Made by a program: the position numbers and the translations under genes. A DNA stretch of 64,000 nt from Candidatus Fervidifonticultor secundus (GTDB lineage Bacteria > Sysuimicrobiota > Sysuimicrobiia > Sysuimicrobiales > Humicultoraceae): positions 1 through 64,000 of the forward strand of contig JAVKIP010000009.1 in NCBI GenBank assembly GCA_031459385.1, read 5' to 3'. Below, in pieces: positions 39,438 through 49,250 of this stretch (its first letter is position 1; each line of letters begins with the position of its first letter). Below the pieces are notes generated by a model, which saw only the letters and a program-made list of their open reading frames with translations, did not search any database and was not told the origin of the DNA.

Positions 39438-41705
39438 ATGACGCTTGAGCAGGTCCTGGACCTCCTCAAGACAACAGCAGCTACGGCCGGCGGCATCACG
39501 GCCTGGCGGGAGCTCCCCCCGCGTCCGGCCTCGTTGGTGCCGATCCCCCGGGCCCTCGATGCGCGGCTCGCCGCGGCCCTGCGCCGCAACGGCATCGAGG
39601 CCCTCTACAGCCACCAGGCCGAGGCGTGGGAGGCGGCGCGCTCTGGCCGACACGTGGTGGTGGTGACGCCCACCGCCTCGGGCAAGACCCTCTGCTACAA
39701 CCTGCCCGTCCTGGAGGCGGTGCTGGCGGCCCCCCAGACGCGGGCCCTCTACCTGTTCCCGACCAAGGCGCTCTCCATGGACCAGGTCGACGAACTGCAG
39801 CGGCTGATCGGCGCGCTCGGCGCCGACATCAGGGCCGCCACCTACGATGGCGACACGCCGGCGCAGGCCCGCCGCGCGATCCGCACGGCCGGCCACATCG
39901 TGGTGACCAACCCGGACATGCTGCACGCGGCGATCCTCCCGCACCACACCCAGTGGCTGCGCCTGTTCGAGAACCTGCGCTACGTCGTCGTGGACGAGCT
40001 CCACATGTACCGGGGCCTGTTCGGCAGCCACGTGGCCAACGTGCTGCGCCGGCTGCGGCGGCTGTGCCGCTTCTACGGCACGACCCCGCAGTTCATCTGC
40101 TGCTCGGCCACCGTGGGCAACCCCCGGGAACTGGCCGAGCGGCTGCTGGAAGACGCGGTCACCCTCGTCGACCGCAACGGAGCGCCGGCCGGGCCCAAGG
40201 TGTTCATCATGTACAACCCACCCGTGCTCAACCGGGCGCTGGGGATCCGGCGCGACAGCATCCTGGAGGCCGGTCGTCTGGCGGGAGAGTTCATCCGCAA
40301 CCGCATCCCGCTCATTGCGTTCGCGCGCAGCCGACGCACCGCCGAGTTGCTGACCACCGCCTTCAAGGAGACCGCGGCGATCCACGGCGTCGGGCCGCAT
40401 CGCGTCGCAGGCTACCGGGCCGGGTACCTGCCCGGCGAGCGCCGGGCCATCGAGCACGGCCTGCGCGAGGGCCAGGTCCTGGCGGTGGCGGCGACCAACG
40501 CCCTCGAGCTGGGGATCGACATCGGTCGGCTCCAGGCCGCGCTGCTCGTGGGCTACCCGGGGACGATCGCCTCCACCTGGCAGCAGGCGGGGCGCGCGGG
40601 CCGCACCCAGGATCTCTCGGCGGCGATCCTGGTGGCCACCAGCGATCCGCTCGACCAGTACATCGTGCGCCACCCCGAGTACTTCTTCGGCCAGCCACCG
40701 GAAGCCGCGCTGCTGAACCCCGACAACCTCTACGTGCTGACCAGCCACGTGCGCTGCGCGGCCTTCGAGCTACCCATCGAAGACGGTGAGCGCTTCGGCC
40801 CGCCTACGCTGCCCGAGATCCTGGAGTACCTGGCCAGGCAGCGCATCCTCCACCACGAGGGCGACCGGTGGCACTACATCGCCGATGCCTACCCGGCACG
40901 GGACGTCTCGCTGCGCAGCGCGTCGGTGGAGAACGTGGTCATCATCGACACCACCGATCCCGCCCCGCGCGTGGTCGGCGAAGTCGATCTCGCCAGCGCG
41001 CCGGGGCTGGTGCACGAGGGCGCGATCTACCTGCACCTGGGCCAGCAGTACCACGTGGACCGCCTGGCCTGGGAGGAGCGCAAGGCCTACGTCCACCGCG
41101 TCGCCGTGAACTACTACACCACCGCGCAGATCGCCGTGGACATCCGGGTACTGCAGGAGTTCACGCGCAGCCCCGACGAGCCGCCGGCCGCCTGGGGCGA
41201 GGTCGTGGTCACCTACCGGCCCACGATCTACAAGAAGCTGACCCTGGAACGCCATGAGAACGTCGGGTGGGGGCCGATCCACCTGCCCGAGTCCACCCTC
41301 CACACGTCGGCGTACTGGATGGCGCTGCCGCCGCTCCCGCTGTCCCGCGACGACCTGCAGGGCGTGCTGGTGGCCCTGTCCCACGCGCTGGCGCACGTCG
41401 CCGCCCTCTACCTCATGTGCGATCCCCGCGACCTGGGCAGGACCTTCGAGATCGCCTCGTCGCACACCGGCCAGCCCACGATCTTCCTCTACGACGCCAT
41501 CCCCGGCGGCGTGGGGTTCGCAGAGCGCCTCTACCGCCTGCGCGCCGACGTGCTGGCGGCCGCACGTGACCTCATCGCGTCGTGCGGCTGCGAGGCGGGG
41601 TGTCCCTCGTGCGTGGGCCCGGCGCTGGAGGTCGGGAGCCGCGGGAAAGCCCTGGCGCTGGAAGTCCTGGATGTCCGCCTGGCGCCCCGATCCGGAGGCC
41701 GCTAG
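39438..41705 (+). CDS. mrfA: DEAD/DEAH-box helicase with DUF1998 Zn-binding C-terminus (MrfA/Hrq1/SftH family)
   Basis: LYSHQ, TPTASGKT, PTKAL..DQ, TNPDMLH, VDELH, SAT.GNP, TNALELGIDIG, QQAGRAGR, YD..PGG.G, C.CE.GCPSCV. Confidence 0.9.
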   Translation: MTLEQVLDLLKTTAATAGGITAWRELPPRPASLVPIPRALDARLAAALRRNGIEALYSHQAEAWEAARSGRHVVVVTPTASGKTLCYNLPVLEAVLAAPQTRALYLFPTKALSMDQVDELQRLIGALGADIRAATYDGDTPAQARRAIRTAGHIVVTNPDMLHAAILPHHTQWLRLFENLRYVVVDELHMYRGLFGSHVANVLRRLRRLCRFYGTTPQFICCSATVGNPRELAERLLEDAVTLVDRNGAPAGPKVFIMYNPPVLNRALGIRRDSILEAGRLAGEFIRNRIPLIAFARSRRTAELLTTAFKETAAIHGVGPHRVAGYRAGYLPGERRAIEHGLREGQVLAVAATNALELGIDIGRLQAALLVGYPGTIASTWQQAGRAGRTQDLSAAILVATSDPLDQYIVRHPEYFFGQPPEAALLNPDNLYVLTSHVRCAAFELPIEDGERFGPPTLPEILEYLARQRILHHEGDRWHYIADAYPARDVSLRSASVENVVIIDTTDPAPRVVGEVDLASAPGLVHEGAIYLHLGQQYHVDRLAWEERKAYVHRVAVNYYTTAQIAVDIRVLQEFTRSPDEPPAAWGEVVVTYRPTIYKKLTLERHENVGWGPIHLPESTLHTSAYWMALPPLPLSRDDLQGVLVALSHALAHVAALYLMCDPRDLGRTFEIASSHTGQPTIFLYDAIPGGVGFAERLYRLRADVLAAARDLIASCGCEAGCPSCVGPALEVGSRGKALALEVLDVRLAPRSGGR

Positions 41706-42828
41706 CGCCGTCGCGCGGGCGCCCGTCGGGCTGCTCGGCGGGTGGCTGGCGGCGCCCGACGTGCCGGGCCGACACCGGGCCGACGATGGCGGCGCCGGCT
41801 TCGAAGTCCGGCGCCAGGTGTACAGTGCGGCGGAGCTGTTCGGGCGCGACGGGCCGCACCCCGACGACGCCGGCGCGCTCTTCCTCGACACCGAGACGAC
41901 CGGCCTGGCCGGCGGCACCGGCACCACACCGTTCCTCATCGGCCTGGCGTACCTCGACGACGCCCATCTCGTCCTCGAACAGTACTTCCTCCGACGGCTG
42001 TCGGGCGAGCCGGCGCTGCTGGCGGCGCTCCGCGCGCGCCTCGAGGGCGCGGCACAGCTCGTCACCTTCAACGGCCGGCGCTTCGACTGGCCGATCCTGG
42101 CGGCGCGCTACGTGCTGGGCCGCCTGCGCATCGCGCCACCGCCCGCGCACCTCGACCTGATGAGCGTGGCGCGGCGCTTGTGGCACCGGCCGCTCGGCAC
42201 GTACCGGCTGGCCGTGGTGGAGCGCGAGGCGCTGGCGATCGACCGCGGCTGGGACATCGACAGCGCCCAGATCCCCGGCCTCTACGTCCACTACCTGCGC
42301 ACCGGCGATGCCGGGCCGCTCGAGCCCGTCTTCGTCCACAACGCGCACGACGTGCGCACGCTGGTGCACCTGCGCCGGCGCGTGCGGCGGTGGGTCGAGT
42401 ACGGCGAAGATCCGCCGCCGCCGGTCGACTGGGAAGGCCTGGGCGTGCTGCGCCTGCAGGTCGCCCAGGACGCCGCGGCCGAGGACGCGCTGCGGCGGGC
42501 GCTGCAGGTCGAGGACGATCCGGCGGTGCGGTGGCGCATCGCCCGCCGGCTGGCGCGGGTCCTGCGCCGCGGGGGCCGGTACGACGAGGTGGCCGCGCTG
42601 TGGCACCACTGCGTCGGCGGCCGCGGCGCCTGGCGGGCGCGCGCGCTGCTGGAGGCCGCGACGGCCTACCACCGCGCGCGGCGCCCGGAGCACGCGCGGG
42701 CCGCGCTGGAGGAGGCGGCGGCACTGGTGGAGTGGCTGCATCTGTGCGGTGAGGCCCAGGCGGCCGACCTCGACGCACAGATCGGGCGCCGGCGGCGCGC
42801 CCTGGGAGGCCACCGCACCGCCCGCTAA
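41671..42828 (+). CDS. mrfB: RNase H-like DEDD exonuclease with TPR-like tail (MrfB/YprB family)
   Basis: FLDTETTGLAGGTG, LVTFNG..FD.P.L, HLDL...ARR.W, L..VE...L...R..DI....IP..Y, HN..DV; overlaps helicase end; start uncertain. Confidence 0.85.
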   Translation: MSAWRPDPEAASAVARAPVGLLGGWLAAPDVPGRHRADDGGAGFEVRRQVYSAAELFGRDGPHPDDAGALFLDTETTGLAGGTGTTPFLIGLAYLDDAHLVLEQYFLRRLSGEPALLAALRARLEGAAQLVTFNGRRFDWPILAARYVLGRLRIAPPPAHLDLMSVARRLWHRPLGTYRLAVVEREALAIDRGWDIDSAQIPGLYVHYLRTGDAGPLEPVFVHNAHDVRTLVHLRRRVRRWVEYGEDPPPPVDWEGLGVLRLQVAQDAAAEDALRRALQVEDDPAVRWRIARRLARVLRRGGRYDEVAALWHHCVGGRGAWRARALLEAATAYHRARRPEHARAALEEAAALVEWLHLCGEAQAADLDAQIGRRRRALGGHRTAR

Positions 42829-42833
42829 CCGCC

Positions 42834-43979
42834 ATGGACGCGGCGGTGGCCTCGACAGCACTCGCGACCGAGACCCTGCTCAGCCCCTATCTCGTGCGCG
42901 GCGACTTCACCGACGCCCTCTGGCCGGCCCGGCGCGCCGACATCCACCGGTACGTCCGCGTGCACCTGCGCGACGAGGGGCTCGTGGCTGTGACGCTGTG
43001 GAACCGCCGCGGGGTGGCGATCTACTCCACCGACCGCTCGCTGGCGGGCAGGCGCGTGCTCCTGCCAGCGCCCGCGCAGACCGCGCTGGCGGGCGGCGTG
43101 GCAGCCGAGCTCCGGTACCGGCGCGCGCCGTCACCGGACGCACGTGGCGGCCGTCCGTTCCTGCACGTGTACGTCCCGGTCCGCATGCCGGGCAGCGCGC
43201 GCCCCGAAGGGGTCTACGAGGTCGTACGCGACGCCCGAGGCCTGGTGGAGCACCTGAACGCCACGCGACAGCGCGTGTGGCTGATCGTCCTCTCGGGTGT
43301 GGCGGTCCTGTACGCCTGTCTGTTCGGCCTCGTGCGAGGAGCGTCGGCCGAACTGGTCCGCCAGCAGCGCGTGCTCAAAGATGCGTTCGAGGGGACGATC
43401 CGCTCACTGGCCACGGCGGTCGACGCCAAGGATGCCGCGACCGGCGGGCACTCGGCGCGGGTCGCGCGCTACGCCGAGGCGATTGCGGGCGCGCTGGCGC
43501 TGCCCGAGGACGACCGGGAAGTGGTGCGGCTGGCGGGTTTCCTCCACGACCTGGGGAAGGTCGGCATGCCGGACCGGCTGCTGCGCGCGGCGCGCCCCCT
43601 TGCGGCCGACGACTGGAGGGTGATCCGCCAGCACGTCGTCGTCGGGCACCAGATCCTGGCACCCGTCCCCATCGACGGGCGCGTGAAGCTGGCCGTTCGC
43701 CACAGCCACGAGCGCTGGGACGGCACCGGCTACCCGGACGGCCTGGCCGGCGAGGCGATCCCCCTGCACGCCCGCATCCTGGCCGTCGCCGACGCCTTCG
43801 AGGCCATGACCTCAGACCGTCCATACCGCAAGGCCTGGCCCGTGGAGCACGCGCTGGCGGAGATCGTGCGCCACGCGGGCACGCAGTTCGACCCGGCGGT
43901 GGTACAGGCGTTCACCCGCTGGGCGGCCACCGAGGAGTCCCTGCGCGCGCTGCGCGGCGAGCCGATGCCGGCGCTGTGA
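42834..43979 (+). CDS. HD-GYP domain cyclic-dinucleotide phosphodiesterase with N-terminal sensor region and one TM helix
   Basis: AVDAKD..T.GHS.RV, LHDLGK, H...G, HERWDGTGYPDGL.GE.IP..ARI.AVAD.F.AMTSDRPYR, GTQFDP. Confidence 0.9.
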   Translation: MDAAVASTALATETLLSPYLVRGDFTDALWPARRADIHRYVRVHLRDEGLVAVTLWNRRGVAIYSTDRSLAGRRVLLPAPAQTALAGGVAAELRYRRAPSPDARGGRPFLHVYVPVRMPGSARPEGVYEVVRDARGLVEHLNATRQRVWLIVLSGVAVLYACLFGLVRGASAELVRQQRVLKDAFEGTIRSLATAVDAKDAATGGHSARVARYAEAIAGALALPEDDREVVRLAGFLHDLGKVGMPDRLLRAARPLAADDWRVIRQHVVVGHQILAPVPIDGRVKLAVRHSHERWDGTGYPDGLAGEAIPLHARILAVADAFEAMTSDRPYRKAWPVEHALAEIVRHAGTQFDPAVVQAFTRWAATEESLRALRGEPMPAL

Positions 43980-44020
43980 GGCGCCGCGGGGCCCTGGGGC
44001 CCCGGCGCGGCCGGTGTCTC

Positions 44021-44908
44021 TCACGCCTCCGCGACGCCTGCCAGCCGCTGGAGGAGCCAGCCAAGCGCCGAGTGATCCAGGTCGCCCCGCTGCTGTGCCA
44101 TCAGGGCCACCAGGGCCTCGTGGACCAGCCCGGTGGCCAGCAACGGCACGCCGTACGCCCTGCCCGCGGCCAGAGCGATCTGCAGGTCCTTTGCGTGCAG
44201 CCGGACCCGGAAGCCCGGCGCGAAGTTGCGCTCGAGGATCCGCTGCCCGTGCAGGTCGAGGATGCGGCTGTGCGCGAAACCGCCCAGCAGCGCCTGGCGC
44301 ACCCGTGCCGGATCGACGCCGGCTTTCTGCGCCAGCGTCAGCGCCTCAGCCACCGCCATGATCGTGACCGCCACCACGATCTGGTTGCAGGCCTTCGCCA
44401 CCTGCCCGGCGCCGTGGTCGTCGCCGATATGGACGATGTTCTTCCCCATGGCCTCGAACACGGGGCGCACCCGCTCGAACAGCGCCCGCGGACCGCCGAC
44501 CATGATCGACAGCGTGGCCTCCACGGCGCCCTTCTGCCCGCCCGAGACCGGCGCGTCCAGGAATCCGACCCCCCGCGCGGTGAGCGCGGCGGCCAGCTCG
44601 CGCGCGACCAGCGGCGAGATGGTGCTCATGTCTACCACCACCTGCCCCTCCCGCGCGCCTTCCAGCACGCCCCCCGGGCCCAGCACCACGGCCTGCACGT
44701 CGGGGCCGTCGGGCAGCATGGTGATGACGATGTCGCTCTGCGCGGCGACGCCCCGCGGCGAGCCGGCGTCGGTCGCGCCGGCGGCGACCAGCTCGTCCAC
44801 CGGGGGGCGGGACCGCGAGTGTACCACCACCGGGAAGCCGGCCGCGCGCAGGTTGCGGGCCATGGGCTTCCCCATGATACCGAGACCGATGAACCCGATC
44901 CGCTCCAT
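44021..44908 (-). CDS. garR: 2-hydroxy-3-oxopropionate (tartronate semialdehyde) reductase
   Basis: IGFIGLGIMGKPMA, MLPDGPDV, DMSTISP, DAPVSGG, GAGQVAKACNQI, GGFA.SRIL, F.PGF...LH.KDL; adjacent to hyi. Confidence 0.88.
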   Translation of the reverse strand: MERIGFIGLGIMGKPMARNLRAAGFPVVVHSRSRPPVDELVAAGATDAGSPRGVAAQSDIVITMLPDGPDVQAVVLGPGGVLEGAREGQVVVDMSTISPLVARELAAALTARGVGFLDAPVSGGQKGAVEATLSIMVGGPRALFERVRPVFEAMGKNIVHIGDDHGAGQVAKACNQIVVAVTIMAVAEALTLAQKAGVDPARVRQALLGGFAHSRILDLHGQRILERNFAPGFRVRLHAKDLQIALAAGRAYGVPLLATGLVHEALVALMAQQRGDLDHSALGWLLQRLAGVAEA

Positions 44909-44955
44909 CGCATTGGCTCCTGTCGACAGCTGCGCCGCCGGGCCACCGCGGCCCG

Positions 44956-45744
44956 CTACCGGCGCGCGAACCCCATCGCCTCGATCCAGTCGAACGACGC
45001 GTCGATGGGACCCACCGGCCGGTACTCGAGGCCCACGTCCCCGTCGTAGTCGGTACGGTCCAGCGCCCGCAGCACGTAGGAGAAGTTGATCTCGCCAGTG
45101 CCGGGCTGGCCACGGTCGGGCGCGTCGGCGAGCTGCACGTGCCCGATGCGGCCGATGTTGCGGGTGAGGGTGTAGGTCAGGTTGCCCTCCATGCGCTGCG
45201 CGTGGTAGACGTCGTACTGCACCTTCAGGTTGGCCGCGCCCACGGCGTCCTGGAGCGCGAACGCCTCCTGCGACGTGCGCAGGAAAAAGCCGGGTACGTC
45301 GAACGTGTTCACCGGCTCGACCAGCAGCACCAGGCCCTCCCGCTCGAAGGCGGCAGCGGCGTACTGCACGTTGTCCACCAAGCATGCCCACTGCTCCGCC
45401 ACCGGCACGCCCTCCAGCTGGCGGCCCACCAGGCAGTTGACGCGGGGACAGCCCAGGCGGCGCGCCACCTCGATGGCCAGGCGCACGCCCTCGCGGAACT
45501 CCGTCCGCCGGCCGGGGTCGACGGCGATCCCGCGGTCACCGGCCTCCCAGTCGCCGGCGGGCAGGTTGAACAGCGCCTGGCGCAGCCCCAGCCGCCGCAG
45601 CTCCTGGGCCACGGCGTCGAGGTCCTCGCCGTACGGGAACATGTACTCGACCGCGCCGAACCCGGCGCGGGCGGCCGCCTCGAAGCGCGTCAGGAAGGGA
45701 CGGTCGGTCCAGAGGAAGGTCAGGTTGGCGGCAAACCGCAGCAT
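44956..45744 (-). CDS. hyi: Hydroxypyruvate isomerase
   Basis: RFAANL, GF.AVEY.FPY, LFNLPAGDW.AG.RG, EPVN.FD.PGF, QYDVYH.QRMEGN, H.Q.AD.P.R..PGTGEIN. Confidence 0.92.
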   Translation of the reverse strand: MLRFAANLTFLWTDRPFLTRFEAAARAGFGAVEYMFPYGEDLDAVAQELRRLGLRQALFNLPAGDWEAGDRGIAVDPGRRTEFREGVRLAIEVARRLGCPRVNCLVGRQLEGVPVAEQWACLVDNVQYAAAAFEREGLVLLVEPVNTFDVPGFFLRTSQEAFALQDAVGAANLKVQYDVYHAQRMEGNLTYTLTRNIGRIGHVQLADAPDRGQPGTGEINFSYVLRALDRTDYDGDVGLEYRPVGPIDASFDWIEAMGFARR

Positions 45745-45900
45745 CGGCACCTCCTGCACAGAGCGATGGCCTCTCCCCAGTATACCGGCTGCCTGCCCGC
45801 GGCCGGCCGGGCCCGACAGGCGCGCTGGCGCCGGCCTGCCAGGCCCCAGCCCGACCGCTGCCGGCCAGACCCGCGCAAGGTCGGGCTCGCACCGACACGG

Positions 45901-46980
45901 TCAGGGGGGCCGCGCGGGCGGCAGCAGGTACAGGCCTGCTGCCGAGAACTGGAGCCGCACGGCCGTGCCGGGCGGGTAGAGGCGGTCGACGCTCTCGGGG
46001 TCGGCCACGCTGACCTCGCCGACGTCGGTGTCGATCAGGTAGTCCGCCACCATGCCCATGAAGAACGCGCTGCGGACACGGCCGGGCAGGCCGTCGCCGT
46101 CGGGACGCACGCGGATCGCCTCCGGGCGCACCATCAGCGTCGCCGGCCCGGGCGCGACGCCGTCCTGCCGGTAGGCGAAGCGGTAGGACCCCACGCGGAC
46201 GGCGCCTTCCTCCACGACGGCCGGGAGCAGGTTGGCCTCGCCGATGAAGTCGGCCACGAAGTGCGAGGCAGGCCGCCGGTACAGCTCGGCGGGCGTCCCG
46301 ATCTGCTCGACGCGGCCCTGGTTCATGACCACCACGACATCGGAGATCGCCAGCGCCTCGGCCTGGTCGTGCGTGACGTAGACGCTGGTGATGCCCAGGT
46401 GCTGCTGGAGCAGGCGGATGTCCGCCCGCACCCGGCGGCGCAGCTTGGCGTCCAGGTTCGACAGCGGCTCGTCGAACAGCAGCACGCGCGGCTGCATCAC
46501 CAGCGCCCGGGCCAGCGCCACACGTTGCTGTTGCCCGCCCGACAGCTGTCCGGGGTAGCGCGGCTCGAAGCCGGGCAGCCCGACCAGCGCCAGCACGTCA
46601 GCGACGCGCCGCCGGATCTCGTCCTCGGGCCGGCGCTGCACCCGCAGCCCGTAGGCCACGTTCTCCTGCACGGTCAGGTGGGGGAAGAGCGCATAGGCCT
46701 GGAACACCATGGTCACGTTGCGGCTGGCCGCCGGCAGCGGCGTGACGTCCTCGTCGCCGATGAACACCCGCCCCTCAGTGGGCCGCTCGAGCCCCGCGAT
46801 TATGCGCAGCGTGGTCGTCTTGCCGCAACCCGAGGGGCCCAGCAGGGTCACCAGCGCTCCCGGCGGGATCTCCAGCGAGACGCGATCGACGGCGACGATG
46901 CTGCCGAAGCGTTTGGAGACCGCCTCCAGGCGCACGGGCGTCGCGCCGTGCCGTTCGGCGATCGCTGGCCGCTGGTGCAT
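45901..46980 (-). CDS. ABC ATP-binding protein (FbpC/AfuC/PotA type) with TOBE domain
   Basis: GPSGCGKTT, FQ.YALFPH, LSGGQQQRVALARA, DEPLSNLDAKLR, VTHDQ.EA, FVADFIG. Confidence 0.92.
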   Translation of the reverse strand: MHQRPAIAERHGATPVRLEAVSKRFGSIVAVDRVSLEIPPGALVTLLGPSGCGKTTTLRIIAGLERPTEGRVFIGDEDVTPLPAASRNVTMVFQAYALFPHLTVQENVAYGLRVQRRPEDEIRRRVADVLALVGLPGFEPRYPGQLSGGQQQRVALARALVMQPRVLLFDEPLSNLDAKLRRRVRADIRLLQQHLGITSVYVTHDQAEALAISDVVVVMNQGRVEQIGTPAELYRRPASHFVADFIGEANLLPAVVEEGAVRVGSYRFAYRQDGVAPGPATLMVRPEAIRVRPDGDGLPGRVRSAFFMGMVADYLIDTDVGEVSVADPESVDRLYPPGTAVRLQFSAAGLYLLPPARPP

Positions 46981-47009
46981 CGCTGCCGCCGCCTCCTCGG
47001 ACCCGGCCC

Positions 47010-49235
47010 TTACAGGGCGGGCATCTCCCGCGCGGGACCGCCGCCCCATCGCTGCGTGGTTAGGTACAGCGCCAGGATCACGCCGGCCATGAACAGCACC
47101 AGCACCGACGACAGCGCCGCGCCCAGCCCGAAGGCGCCGTAGTTGATGTACGAGAGGATCTGGGTGGTGGCCAGGTTCGTGCGCGGCGTGATGAGGAAGA
47201 TGACCTGGCTGATCGCCGTCATGGCCCGCACGAAGCTGAAGATCAGCCCGGCCAGCAGCGCGCCGCGTACCAGCGGCACCACCACCCGGCGCAGGGTGGT
47301 CGCCGAGCCCGCCCGCAGCATCGTCGAGGCCTCCTCCAGGCTGCGGTCCACCTGGAGGATGGACGCCACCCCCGCGCGCAACGCCACCGGCATGTTGCGG
47401 AAGACGAACGCCAGGATGATGATGAGCTCGGTGCCGGTGAGGAGCAGGACGCCGGTGTTGAACGCCAGGATGTACCCGATACCCATGACCGTGCCCGGGG
47501 TGGCGAACGACAGCATCGAGGCGAACGCCAGCGCGTCGCGGCCGGGGAACGCCACCCGCGTGACGAGGTACCCGATGAGGAACCCCACCACGGTGGACGG
47601 CACCGCGGCCAGCGCCGAGAGCCACGCGGTCGTACGAAAGACACTCCAGCCCGTGGGCGACAGCCCTCGCAGGTGCTCGAGGGTGACCGTGTAGTCGAAG
47701 CCCCAGAGCTTGGTCACCGCGCCGATGACGACCGAGCCGTAGAGCAGCACGATCAGCAGCAGCCACAGCCCGAAGACCGCGGTCACGGCGTAGTCCAGCA
47801 GCGGCGGCAGCGGGCGGGCCGTGCCCTGGGCCGAGGGGCGCCCGGTCACGGTCACGTACGACGTGCGCCCGACCCAGCGGTGCTGCACCACGAACAGGGC
47901 CAGTGTCATCGCCAGCAGCGTGACGCCGAACACGGCGGCCTCGGGCACTCCGCGACCCGTAGCCGCGAAGAAGATCTCCGTGGCCAGGTACGGCAGCCCG
48001 CCGCCCACGACGATCGGGTTGCCGAAGTCGGCCAGGCTCTCGATGGCCACCAGCAGGAAGGCGTTGGCCACGCCGGGGCGGGCCAGCGGCCACAGCACCG
48101 TGCGCAGGACGTGCCAGCGGTCGGCCCCCAGCGTCTCCGCCGCCTCCTCCAGGGCGGCGTCCATCTGCCGGACCACGCCCTGGAGGATCAGGAACGCGAT
48201 GGGCGTGTAGGCCAGCACCTGGGCCAGCGTCACGCCGATCATGCCGGCGAACGCCGCCGTGGACAGCCCGAGCAGGTGGTGGGTGACGTACCCGCGCCGG
48301 CCGAACAGGTAGATGATCGCCAGGCCCAGCACGAACGGCGGCGTGATGATCGGCAGGATCGACACCGGCCCGAACAGCCGCCGGGTCGGCAGCCGCGACC
48401 GCTCTGCGAGCAGCGCGAACACGAACCCCAGGCCGGTGGAGACCACCCCCACCACCAGCGCCAGGAGCACGCTGTTGCGCACGGCGCCGAAGCCCAGGTA
48501 GAGGGCGGCCACGACGCCCGCGCCCGTCCCGGCGGCCACCGCCCAGAGCAGCGCCGCAGCCGGACGGCGGCGCAGGAGCAGCGCCAGCCCGCCCGCGGCC
48601 ACCCCGGCGACGACGCCGGCGAGCCGCGCGGCACGGCCCTCGTCGAGCGGCGTCGCCGGGTTGTCGATCAGGAGGAACGCCGGAGAGCGCACCGTCTCGC
48701 GCACGACGTCCAGCGTGAACCGGCCGTTGACGACCACCGCGCCCTGGAGCACCGCGACCAGCGGGTAGAGGATGAAGGCCGCCACGAACGCCGCGGCCCA
48801 CACGATGCAGGTCGCCACGAAGGCGTCGGCCAGCAGGTACCCGCCCAGCGACAGGCCGACCCCCAGCACGGTGAGCAGGCCCGCCACCAGCGCCAGCGCG
48901 CCCGGCCCAAGCGGCGCTCCTGCGGCGACGACCGCCCACCCCGCGGCCACCAGGCCGGCGAGCGCGACAGCGACGGCCAGGCGGCCCCGCCGGTAGAGCG
49001 GCAGCGGCGCGGCAGCCAGCAGCCCGACGACGGCCGCGGCCAGCACAGCGGCCGCCGCCACCGGGTCTTGCACCACGACCTCGAGGCCCAGCGATCCCGG
49101 CGCGAACACCAGCAGGTCGCGGCCCTGGCGCGCCCAGGGCAGCAGCAGCGCGCCGGCCACCGTGCCCGCGCCGGGGCCGGCGAGCGGCCACGAGACACCC
49201 GCCGGTCTCGCGTGGGCGATCGCAGGGGTCGCCAT
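47010..49235 (-). CDS. ABC permease (FbpB/AfuB type, duplicated BPD domains)
   Basis: LPIITPPFV.GL, LEEAA.TLGA, IESLADFGNP, PGTV.G.GY, LEEAS..L.A. Confidence 0.9.
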   Translation of the reverse strand: MATPAIAHARPAGVSWPLAGPGAGTVAGALLLPWARQGRDLLVFAPGSLGLEVVVQDPVAAAAVLAAAVVGLLAAAPLPLYRRGRLAVAVALAGLVAAGWAVVAAGAPLGPGALALVAGLLTVLGVGLSLGGYLLADAFVATCIVWAAAFVAAFILYPLVAVLQGAVVVNGRFTLDVVRETVRSPAFLLIDNPATPLDEGRAARLAGVVAGVAAGGLALLLRRRPAAALLWAVAAGTGAGVVAALYLGFGAVRNSVLLALVVGVVSTGLGFVFALLAERSRLPTRRLFGPVSILPIITPPFVLGLAIIYLFGRRGYVTHHLLGLSTAAFAGMIGVTLAQVLAYTPIAFLILQGVVRQMDAALEEAAETLGADRWHVLRTVLWPLARPGVANAFLLVAIESLADFGNPIVVGGGLPYLATEIFFAATGRGVPEAAVFGVTLLAMTLALFVVQHRWVGRTSYVTVTGRPSAQGTARPLPPLLDYAVTAVFGLWLLLIVLLYGSVVIGAVTKLWGFDYTVTLEHLRGLSPTGWSVFRTTAWLSALAAVPSTVVGFLIGYLVTRVAFPGRDALAFASMLSFATPGTVMGIGYILAFNTGVLLLTGTELIIILAFVFRNMPVALRAGVASILQVDRSLEEASTMLRAGSATTLRRVVVPLVRGALLAGLIFSFVRAMTAISQVIFLITPRTNLATTQILSYINYGAFGLGAALSSVLVLFMAGVILALYLTTQRWGGGPAREMPAL

Positions 49236-49250
49236 CGATCCGCTGCCGTC

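Noticed and set aside
39438..41705. Anti-phage defence helicase (DISARM DrmAB / Druantia) reading of the DUF1998 helicase
   Set aside because: Single-chain helicase with YprB-like exonuclease and SOS box fits MrfAB repair; no methylase or other defence genes nearby
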